DNA from: Desulfosudaceae bacterium
Lineage (GTDB): Bacteria > Desulfobacterota > Desulfobacteria > Desulfobacterales > Desulfosudaceae
Direction: 5' to 3'
DNA: 64,000 nucleotides
Assembly (NCBI GenBank): GCA_963674745.2
Contig: CAXXDV010000003.1
Coordinates: 608,001-672,000, forward strand
The first letter of the stretch is position 1, and each line of letters starts with the position of its first letter. The notes beneath the pieces are model-generated. The model was not told where the DNA came from and did no database searches. It saw only the letters and a list, made by a program, of their open reading frames with translations. Both the position numbers and the translations under genes were made by a program. Below, in pieces: positions 29,729-37,833 of this stretch.

Positions 29729-30211
29729 TCACCGGGTCGCTTCAATTTCCGCCCGGCTGTAAAGACGCTGAATGGTGACGCTGTAGTAATCGGCCACAAT
29801 CCAGGTCAGCGGGTTACGGTAATTGCAGTCCCAGGTGACCAGATAGTTTTTATCGTCGACCTGAAAGATGTCCCTGCCATCAGGTCCTATTCGCTTGCGA
29901 AAGTAAATGTTTTCTTTAGCTGTAAACCCGCTGCCGAGAATGGTACTGAACTGTCCGATAGTCAAGACATGAGAATAAAGGGCTTCGCCTTCAGGAACAT
30001 CTTCTTCGTTGATTTGCAGATTGATCGTTCGGCCGGTATCCAGCCTTACAGTTTTCACCTGCATCCCTTCACCGAGCTCCATCGTACCCAGCAACGGCCC
30101 GGGAGTGCCGATATCTGAAACATCACCATAGTATCCGCCGGTCGGTATGGCGGCGCATCCGGTCATCAATACCATGGTTAACATCACTGCAGCCAACCAA
30201 TGCAATCGCAT
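29729..30211 (-). CDS. Hypothetical lipoprotein
   Basis: Lipobox LMTG-C, GGAGG RBS. Confidence 0.7.
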   Translation of the reverse strand: MRLHWLAAVMLTMVLMTGCAAIPTGGYYGDVSDIGTPGPLLGTMELGEGMQVKTVRLDTGRTINLQINEEDVPEGEALYSHVLTIGQFSTILGSGFTAKENIYFRKRIGPDGRDIFQVDDKNYLVTWDCNYRNPLTWIVADYYSVTIQRLYSRAEIEATR

Positions 30212-30431
30212 AAGCCCCTCCTGAAGTATGTTAAGCCCCTTCTGATGTATTGACTTATAATCATAGTCATGCTATTGTATTTAGAATAATTTTTCAACTA
30301 AGTTCTTATTTTTTTTCGTTTTTTTGTCAATCATTGAAAACAGGAATCGGTATCAATAACCAGCGGATAGGCGGTCGGAAACAGGTATACCGTCGAAACC
30401 CACGGGCCCGGCACATGATAAGGGGAAAGTA

Positions 30432-32846
30432 ATGAACAATCAGGATTGCAAGCGATGTTTTCATCTGCTTTTGTGTTTTTTCGTTTTTGTCGTGCTGCTG
30501 ACCGGCGGCGGTGTGGCATTTGCCGCGCAGACCGGTTATTCCCAGAGCAGTGGCACACTGACCGCTTACCAGGCGCCGCAAAAAAAAAATGGAACGGGTA
30601 AAAAGCTGCTGGCCGTCTATGTGGTCGGCAGTGACCTGGAAAGTTATGACGGGGCGGCAACAACCGATTTTAATGAGATGATTACCGGTTATAATGCGCT
30701 GAGCAATTCCGGCCTGATTGATATTATTATTGCCTTTGGCGGTGCGGATCAGAACGGCTGGCGGGGCATGCGCTTTGCCACAATCAACCAGCTTGTCCAG
30801 GACGGTACGGACGGAAGATATGGAGATGAGACCGGAAGCAGCGCCTACCTGTACAAGGCGGAAAACGCCCACATGGGAGATAAAAGTTCACTTCAGCTTT
30901 TCCTTGAATACGTGAAGGAAGGGTATGTCAATTATGATGTCAGTTCTCTTGTTTTCTGGGACCATGGCGCGTCATACGGCGGGTTCGGCAATGATGAGAA
31001 TTTTAATTATGACGAGTTGACCCTTACCGAGATCCAGGCCGGCCTGGAGCAAAGCGGCATCGGCAAGTTTGACATGATCGGCTTTGATGCCTGCCTGATG
31101 GGGTCGGTCGAAGTGGCGCGTTTTGTCTACCGGTATGCCACCTACCTGCTGGCTTCCGAGGAGACGGAACCCGGCCATGGCTGGAACTGGACGTCTTTTG
31201 TAAAAGAGTATGCCGCGCATGACAATATTACCAAGGCGATGACAAACAGTATTGGTAATTTTGTCGGTAATAACCATGAATACCAGGCTGACGGAAAAAC
31301 CCTTTCAGCCGTCAAGCTGGATAAATTTAATGCGGTATCTACGGCACTGGACGCGTTTGCCCGGGATGTTGCCGACAATCTGGCGACCAGCGATGACTAC
31401 AAAGACGCGATGATCCATGCCGTCACCAATGTCCGTGATTTCGGTGTGGAATCCCGGGAAGATGATCCGGTCAGCGTGGACTTGAAAGACCTGGTTAAAA
31501 AATTCCGGGACAAGGTGAAAAGTACCACCGCCCGTCAACTGTGCTACGCCCTTTTAACCGAGGTCAACGATTATATTTATTATTCCAGGCAGGACGGGAC
31601 ACGCCCCAGGTCTTACGGCATTTCGATTGCGCCGGTTCAAGGCGCGGTCGGCGACCAGACTGACACATATATGGTCAACACCGGCTGGGTTAAACTGCAG
31701 CAGGCCTATGCCAAGCTTAAAACGGATGATACCACGGAACCCACCGTTGAGGATTATAACTCAAACGCCAATTCCAATGATTATGACTGGGATGATGACT
31801 GGTATGACGACTGGCAGGATGACTGGCATAACGACTGGAGCAATAACGATGAATGGGATAACGATGACTGGGACGATGATGATGGCTGGGACGACTACTG
31901 GGGTTGGTATGATGACGACTGGTATTTTTCAGTCATTGACGCCGATGTCCCGCCGTTTTTGAGAGGGGAACGGGCCGCTTTTGTACCTGACGGGAGTTAT
32001 CTGCGGGATGTGGCCGGCAGCTCCGGCGTAAAAGGGGTCTCGGCCACGTTTTCCGATAAAAACTTTGCCCGCACAACCACTATCTTCGGCTTTGAGCTTG
32101 ATTTTGGCGAGGGCGGCGCCAGCGACCCCTATTTCCTGTCGGTGGCGGAAGTGGAAGCCTACCCGACAAAGACAAAAGGGCAGTATTTTACGCCGGCCTG
32201 GAACAAGAAATGGTACACGGTCGATTATGATGCCAATGCCCCTATGACCGAATGGATGCCCATGGTCTTTCAGCAGCGTTACACAACCGGTGAGGTAACC
32301 TATACCGAATACATGGCGGAAATCGATTATTACCAGGCAGAAAAAGATTACAGCGGTTATGATTTTCCCGCGGATTACGCCGTATTGCGTATTGTCGTGG
32401 ACGAAAACAATCAGGTGGCCAATCATTTTGTCCAGACTTACAAGATTCTTTATGACGGTCCGGATGATGCGTATGGCAGAGTGCAGTTTGACAAGGTGAC
32501 CCATCAGATACAGCCCGGTGATAAAATCCAGTTCTGGGCCTATGGCTTTCATCTGACGGATCCGGAACGGGATGACTGGTTTGAAACCGGTGATGTGATT
32601 ACGTTTACCAAAGCGCCTGAATTCGGGGTGGAAACCCTGGAATTTGAAGACGAGGACGGCACCCCGTTGACATACAAATATGCCATGTGGGCCGAAGACG
32701 CCAGTAAAAACGGTGTGCTGACGACACCGGCGGGGGCCGGTGATGACGGCACCAACAATGATGCTGCCGGAGAGACCGGCGATGGCAGTAGTCACGGCGG
32801 TGGTGGCAGCTGCTTTATCGGCAGCGCGGCGGCTTCTATTTTTTAG
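30432..32846 (+). CDS. Secreted clostripain-family (C11) cysteine peptidase with Asp/Trp-rich tract and C-terminal GGGGSCFI motif
   Basis: YVVGSDLES, FWDHGASYGG (His), GFDACLMG (Cys), ASEETEPGHGW; signal peptide. Confidence 0.9.
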   Translation: MNNQDCKRCFHLLLCFFVFVVLLTGGGVAFAAQTGYSQSSGTLTAYQAPQKKNGTGKKLLAVYVVGSDLESYDGAATTDFNEMITGYNALSNSGLIDIIIAFGGADQNGWRGMRFATINQLVQDGTDGRYGDETGSSAYLYKAENAHMGDKSSLQLFLEYVKEGYVNYDVSSLVFWDHGASYGGFGNDENFNYDELTLTEIQAGLEQSGIGKFDMIGFDACLMGSVEVARFVYRYATYLLASEETEPGHGWNWTSFVKEYAAHDNITKAMTNSIGNFVGNNHEYQADGKTLSAVKLDKFNAVSTALDAFARDVADNLATSDDYKDAMIHAVTNVRDFGVESREDDPVSVDLKDLVKKFRDKVKSTTARQLCYALLTEVNDYIYYSRQDGTRPRSYGISIAPVQGAVGDQTDTYMVNTGWVKLQQAYAKLKTDDTTEPTVEDYNSNANSNDYDWDDDWYDDWQDDWHNDWSNNDEWDNDDWDDDDGWDDYWGWYDDDWYFSVIDADVPPFLRGERAAFVPDGSYLRDVAGSSGVKGVSATFSDKNFARTTTIFGFELDFGEGGASDPYFLSVAEVEAYPTKTKGQYFTPAWNKKWYTVDYDANAPMTEWMPMVFQQRYTTGEVTYTEYMAEIDYYQAEKDYSGYDFPADYAVLRIVVDENNQVANHFVQTYKILYDGPDDAYGRVQFDKVTHQIQPGDKIQFWAYGFHLTDPERDDWFETGDVITFTKAPEFGVETLEFEDEDGTPLTYKYAMWAEDASKNGVLTTPAGAGDDGTNNDAAGETGDGSSHGGGGSCFIGSAAASIF
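31779..31922 (+). repeat. Coding low-complexity Asp/Trp tract
   Basis: DYDWDDDWYDDWQDDWHNDWSNNDEWDNDDWDDDDGWDDYWGWYDDDW: 23 Asp and 11 Trp in 48 aa. Confidence 0.9.
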
Positions 32847-32879
32847 AGCGCTCTTTAATTCTAAAAAAAGGATGTTGAT

Positions 32880-34085
32880 ATGCGAATACTTTCTTTTTTG
32901 TTGGCCGTCTGTATTATCGGCTGCGGGCACAACCTTCCCGCTGTCGAACAATCCCCGCCTGACACATCCGGACTGGCAAAGCAGAACAACCGCTTTGCGT
33001 TTGATCTTTACCGGCAGCTTTCACCGGATAGCGACAATCTTCTTTTTTCCCCTTATAGTCTGGTCAACGCGCTTTGTCTGACCCTGGGCGGTGCCCGGGG
33101 CGATACCAGGAAACAAATGGCTCAGGTGCTGGCGCTTGAAATGGGGGACGAGGACCTTTTTTCCGCTTTTTCCGCCATGAATAAAAGCATAAACAACATG
33201 AACCGAAAGGACGGCGTTTCGACTCTTTGCGCCAATGGCGTGTGGGCACAGGCCGGACATCCGTTTAGAAAAGCGTTTATGGCAATAGCCGGAAAGGCCT
33301 TTGACGCGGAAATACAGCAGGTCGATTTTGTTACCGGGTATGAATATCAGCGTCAACAAATTAACGACTGGGTGGAAAAGAAAACAAAGGATAAAATCAC
33401 GGACCTTCTCTCATCGGGTACGCTTGACCCGCAGACCCGCATGGTACTGGTCAATGCCATTTATTTTAAAGGTGACTGGGCGGTGCCTTTTAAAGAAGAC
33501 AGGACCAGAAAGGTACCGTTCTGGGTGACGCCGGAGACCTCTGTTAAAGTTCCCATGATGAGTCAGCAGGGCCCGTTTAAATATGCCCGTGATGACTATT
33601 TTCAGATGATCGAACTGCCCTACGAGGGGAAAGATGCCTCCATGCTGATCCTGCTGGGGCATCCCCGGGCCGCCATAAAAGCGATCGGGAAAATGCTGAC
33701 CCCTGACTATGTTAATAATCTGTATAATCACATGAATGAGTTCGAGGTAAGGATTTTCCTGCCGCGGTTTAAAGTCGAGGGGAATCTCAGCCTGTCTGAG
33801 ACACTGATAGCCATGGGCATGACGGACGCCTTTGATGACCGGGCGGACTTCTCAGACATGAACGGATCAAAAGATCTTTATATCAATGATGTGATCCATA
33901 AGGCCGTCATCGAGGTGGATGAAGAGGGCTCGGAGGCGGCGGCCGCAACAGGGGTGATCATGGAGACAAAAAGCGCCGTTTTCCAGGGCTTGACCTTTAA
34001 GGCCGATCACCCGTTTGTCTTTCTCATCCGGGAAAACACGACCGGGACGATTCTGTTTCTGGGACGGGTGATGAACCCGGTTTGA
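32880..34085 (+). CDS. Lipoprotein serpin (inhibitory-type hinge)
   Basis: Lipobox IIG-C; NLLFSPYS, LVNAIYFKGDW, hinge EEGSEAAAATG, FKADHPFVFLI. Confidence 0.95.
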   Translation: MRILSFLLAVCIIGCGHNLPAVEQSPPDTSGLAKQNNRFAFDLYRQLSPDSDNLLFSPYSLVNALCLTLGGARGDTRKQMAQVLALEMGDEDLFSAFSAMNKSINNMNRKDGVSTLCANGVWAQAGHPFRKAFMAIAGKAFDAEIQQVDFVTGYEYQRQQINDWVEKKTKDKITDLLSSGTLDPQTRMVLVNAIYFKGDWAVPFKEDRTRKVPFWVTPETSVKVPMMSQQGPFKYARDDYFQMIELPYEGKDASMLILLGHPRAAIKAIGKMLTPDYVNNLYNHMNEFEVRIFLPRFKVEGNLSLSETLIAMGMTDAFDDRADFSDMNGSKDLYINDVIHKAVIEVDEEGSEAAAATGVIMETKSAVFQGLTFKADHPFVFLIRENTTGTILFLGRVMNPV

Positions 34086-34091
34086 GGTTGG

Positions 34092-34721
34092 TTACAGCCG
34101 TTCGATGAGTTCCATCAGTTCATCAATGGAACGGCTGTAAATTGACTCTAAATCTTCGGCCACGTATATGGCGACTTTGCTGTTGTGCAGGCTGATCATG
34201 CCGTGCAGCAGGCTCCAGACCTGGATCAGCCGGCGGGTGACGAGGTCTTCTTCTACCGGCTGGGCGTATACTTCCCGGATGGCCTGTGCGGCCATATCGG
34301 CGATTTTCATGGAAATCCGAAGTTCTGTTGCAGACAGCTGCTCGTATGGTGTGCCCTTATAATCATTGTATTTCGGTGTCGGCAGTACAAACAAGATGTC
34401 ATAATAGCGTGAATAGGTGATGCCGAACCGGATGTAGGCCTCGATCATGGCCCGGGCTTTTTCTTTTCTGCCCTTTTGGCTGTCCCCGGCTTCGTGCAAT
34501 ACGGCCTGGAGCATTTCAAACCCCTGGACAACCAGGCAGAGGTAAATTTCATCTTTTCCGGAGTAATAATTGTAAATATTCGGTGCCGTCATTTTGACCC
34601 GTCCGGCCAGGTTGCGCATGGTCAGGTTGCCGAGCCCTTCCCGGGCGATGATGTCCAGTGCCTGGTCGAGAATGGTGGCTTTTATTTTTTCTATGGTTTC
34701 CGGTCTGCGGGGTGTTTTCAT
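34092..34721 (-). CDS. TetR-family regulator (WHG-type C-terminus)
   Basis: LTMRNLA..TAPNIYNYYSGK HTH; WSLLHG. Confidence 0.9.
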   Translation of the reverse strand: MKTPRRPETIEKIKATILDQALDIIAREGLGNLTMRNLAGRVKMTAPNIYNYYSGKDEIYLCLVVQGFEMLQAVLHEAGDSQKGRKEKARAMIEAYIRFGITYSRYYDILFVLPTPKYNDYKGTPYEQLSATELRISMKIADMAAQAIREVYAQPVEEDLVTRRLIQVWSLLHGMISLHNSKVAIYVAEDLESIYSRSIDELMELIERL

Positions 34722-36301
34722 GATTGATCGTCTGTAACGCGGTTCAGTTTTTTGCAGATTTTTTTATGTGCCCCATACAGGTTTAAAAACTGCTGGAACA
34801 GCAAATCATATGTCTTCCGGTTTTCGGGGCGGGGTTGATAAATTCCGTCAAACTCGATCAGGTCCGGAATATCATCAAACCCGATATGACCCAGAGCGAC
34901 CGCGGCAATAAAAGCCGCGCCCCGGGCATTGGCCATCATGGGCTGCTTTACCCGGCGGATGCGCCTGTTCAGCACATCGGCAAAAATCCGGCACCAGAGG
35001 TCGGACCTGGCACCGCCGCCGATGATATTGATGGTATCCATTTTCCGGCCGATAAACCGCTCGACATACTTCAGGCTCCAGCGATTGTTAAAGGCCACGC
35101 CTTCCATGACGGATCGTACCATGTGAGCGGTGGTCGTGGTCTGGGAAAGGTTGAACAAACAGCCCCGGATGAATTCATTGTCAACCGGCGTTCGTTCGCC
35201 GTTAAGCCAGGGGGTGAAAATCAGGTTGCCGCTGCCGGCCGGCGCCCGGCCGGCCAGTTCATTGATGTGCCGGTATGGATTCTGTTCGCCGGTATCCTGT
35301 GAGGGGGCTGGCAGAATGTGTTCAATAAAATAGTCGACGGCTTCACCGGCAATATCCTGTTCATTGACGGCCTGATATTTACCCGGGATGGCGGTCGGAA
35401 ACGAGGCCACTGAATGGAAGACGTCTGTCTTTTTAAACGGTACGATGCATTGCACCCAGGATGATGTCCCGATATACATGTGACCGGCAAAATCGTCGAC
35501 CGCGCCGGAACCAATGCAGGCGGTCTGGTGATCCGGGGAACCGGCCACCACCGGTGTCCCGTGAGCGAGCCCCATACAATCGGCATTCTCATCGGTGATG
35601 GTACCCAGGATGTCGGTGGCCGCTATCAAAGGGGGCAGCTTTTCGCGGTCGATGCCAAATGTGTTGATCAGCCCCTGATCGTATCGGACGTTACGGATAT
35701 CCCGGATATCGGTTATCCAGAACAGATGGATGGAGTCAAACGTGGCCGCGAATTCCCCGGTCAGCTTCATGTTGAGATAGTCTTTGCTGGGTAGAAACAT
35801 ATATGTTCGGTCATGGATTTTGGGGAAGGCATGTTTTACCAGCAGAACGTGGCCGATATCATCCTTGCCGGACAGGGTCGGTGCGCCGCCGGTGCGGGAG
35901 ACCATCTTCAGTGCCTTGACAATCCCGTAACCGTCGAAGGATGGAAATCCGGCCATGGCTTTTTTAATGTACGGTCCGCCCCTGGTGTCCATCCAGGTAA
36001 TGGCGTTCATCAGAGCGCTGCCATCCTTGTCGACCGCCACGGTACTGGAAAAAGTGCTCGACACGGAAACAGCGGCGATGTCCTCTTTTCTGACCGTGCC
36101 TTTGGTCATCAACCGGGCGGACGTCGTCACAACCGCCCGCCACCACTGGTCGGGATCCTGCTCCACTCCGCCGCCGGGAAGAAAAAAAAGATCCGCTTTT
36201 TCAAAAGCAAAATCAACAACCCGGCCGGTAACGGAAATCAGCGCGGTTTTTACGCCGGAGGTGCCGTGGTCAACGGCCAGTATGTATTTTTCCGTGCTCA
36301 T
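34718..36301 (-). CDS. FGGY-family carbohydrate kinase (xylulokinase-like)
   Basis: DHGTSGVK, WMDTRG, YIGTSSW, PWLNGERTP, GGGARS. Confidence 0.9.
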   Translation of the reverse strand: MSTEKYILAVDHGTSGVKTALISVTGRVVDFAFEKADLFFLPGGGVEQDPDQWWRAVVTTSARLMTKGTVRKEDIAAVSVSSTFSSTVAVDKDGSALMNAITWMDTRGGPYIKKAMAGFPSFDGYGIVKALKMVSRTGGAPTLSGKDDIGHVLLVKHAFPKIHDRTYMFLPSKDYLNMKLTGEFAATFDSIHLFWITDIRDIRNVRYDQGLINTFGIDREKLPPLIAATDILGTITDENADCMGLAHGTPVVAGSPDHQTACIGSGAVDDFAGHMYIGTSSWVQCIVPFKKTDVFHSVASFPTAIPGKYQAVNEQDIAGEAVDYFIEHILPAPSQDTGEQNPYRHINELAGRAPAGSGNLIFTPWLNGERTPVDNEFIRGCLFNLSQTTTTAHMVRSVMEGVAFNNRWSLKYVERFIGRKMDTINIIGGGARSDLWCRIFADVLNRRIRRVKQPMMANARGAAFIAAVALGHIGFDDIPDLIEFDGIYQPRPENRKTYDLLFQQFLNLYGAHKKICKKLNRVTDDQS

Positions 36302-36362
36302 ATTCTTTACCGCTTTAAGGCCTCAATTTTTCCCAAAGCGAACATCTTTATCTGATATACTA

Positions 36363-37628
36363 TTAAATATCAAGGCTGCCCGAGGTCAGCATTTGTGCTG
36401 CTTCCATCATGTCCATTGTTGTTTTGTCGCCGTTTTCTTCAATGATATCGATCAACAGTTGTTCGCTGGAAGATGGCGTATGGGCTTTATTCTTTTCAAG
36501 AATACCGGGAATCAGCGATATAAAGTCCATGGGCTTGACACCGCCTTCCGGCGGGAAAATGCCCTTGCGGGTAATTTTGCCCTGCTGAAGCAATATGGCA
36601 CCAACGGCGGCCGGAATACCGGTGCCTTCTCCCAGGGCCTGGGAATCCGATGCCAGGTGAAACCGCAATTCCTGCCGCCGGCCGTCTTTGATACCGGTAA
36701 CCACTGTTGACGTACAACCCTTCTGACCTGAAAATTTGGTTTCTTTTAAAATGCGTTCCCGCTCCCGGATCAGAAAAGCGGTTGAGAAATCATAGGGCGT
36801 GACGGTCATTCCCCCGATGTCCAGAGGGGTTTTGTCGGCCAGGCCCAGTCGGCATACGTCCATGGTCAACTGATAATAAGCCGCCGGCAGAATCGTGCCC
36901 CGATTGGTTACCCGTTGAACGTTCAGGTATTGTGGTAACGTTACCTGTTCGGGGTGAGGGTAGGGGTATACCATGATGTCGTCACCCAGAATGGGGAATT
37001 CAAATGTCCGGCGAAGGGCCATACCGTCTTCTTCAAAAAATTTGACATGTTGAAGTTTGCCGTCAAGGTACATGGGAATATCAATGGACATGCAATGGAA
37101 GCGATGACCGATGACGCCCTTACCCTCAAAGGGTTCGCCTCCGTGGGCGTGAAAGATATCGACGGCCTCGGTTTGGTCGAGCATATGGTCGGCGGCGAAT
37201 TTGGCCAACAGGTTGGTGGCACCGGGGGAGTTCCCCATACCGATGACCATGGTAATGCCGGCCTGTTCGGCACGTTCGTTCATGGCCAGCAGGTCGAAGG
37301 TGACATCCACGTCGTCGCAGATATCCAGATAGTTGATGCCGCACGCAATGACCGTTTTGACGATGGGCATGACGGTTTTGTAAAACGGGCCCACGCAATT
37401 GACCACCAGATCGCATCCCGTGATCGCCGTTCTGACCGACTCCGGATCAAGGGCATCTATGGTTACGGCGGCGACATGGGATTTTCCCATTTCAGTCACC
37501 AGCGCTTCAGCTGTATTGAGATCAATGTCACCGATAACCACCTGGTCAAAGGTATCATCTTCGGCCAGGGTTTTGACTACCACCCGGCCGACTGCGCCAC
37601 ACCCGCCTAAAATTATTACTTTTGCCAT
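36363..37628 (-). CDS. Saccharopine dehydrogenase-like NAD(P)-dependent oxidoreductase
   Basis: GGCGAVG Rossmann motif, VNCVGPFY, YLDICDD, GMGNSPG, HPEQVTLP, TGIPAA. Confidence 0.88.
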   Translation of the reverse strand: MAKVIILGGCGAVGRVVVKTLAEDDTFDQVVIGDIDLNTAEALVTEMGKSHVAAVTIDALDPESVRTAITGCDLVVNCVGPFYKTVMPIVKTVIACGINYLDICDDVDVTFDLLAMNERAEQAGITMVIGMGNSPGATNLLAKFAADHMLDQTEAVDIFHAHGGEPFEGKGVIGHRFHCMSIDIPMYLDGKLQHVKFFEEDGMALRRTFEFPILGDDIMVYPYPHPEQVTLPQYLNVQRVTNRGTILPAAYYQLTMDVCRLGLADKTPLDIGGMTVTPYDFSTAFLIRERERILKETKFSGQKGCTSTVVTGIKDGRRQELRFHLASDSQALGEGTGIPAAVGAILLQQGKITRKGIFPPEGGVKPMDFISLIPGILEKNKAHTPSSSEQLLIDIIEENGDKTTMDMMEAAQMLTSGSLDI

Positions 37629-37653
37629 TGTACAAGCCTCCTGAATAAATAAT

Positions 37654-37699
37654 TGAACAAAGTTAAATTTAACTTAGTTCATCAAAAGGGTGTTGTCAA
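37654..37699 (-). promoter_or_regulatory. sigma70 promoter overlapped by a 28-bp palindromic operator
   Basis: TGAACAAAGTTAAA|TTTAACTTAGTTCA (37654-37681, one mismatched pair); minus strand TTGACA 37699-37694, 17 nt, TAAGTT 37676-37671. Confidence 0.7.
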
Positions 37700-37724
37700 G
37701 AAAAAAAATAATATTCATCATATT

Positions 37725-37833
37725 GCAGGGGCACGGCGCGCCGTGCCCGAATGCAGGACGTTTTCCTCATGTGCCCGGCGTCGCGTCCGATTGTGAATCA
37801 CGTCCATCAGGGCACGGCACGCCGTGCCCCTAC
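37725..37833. repeat. Pair of inverted REP palindromes
   Basis: GCAGGGGCACGGCGCGCCGTGCCC (37725-37748) and GGGCACGGCACGCCGTGCCCCTAC (37810-37833). Confidence 0.85.
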
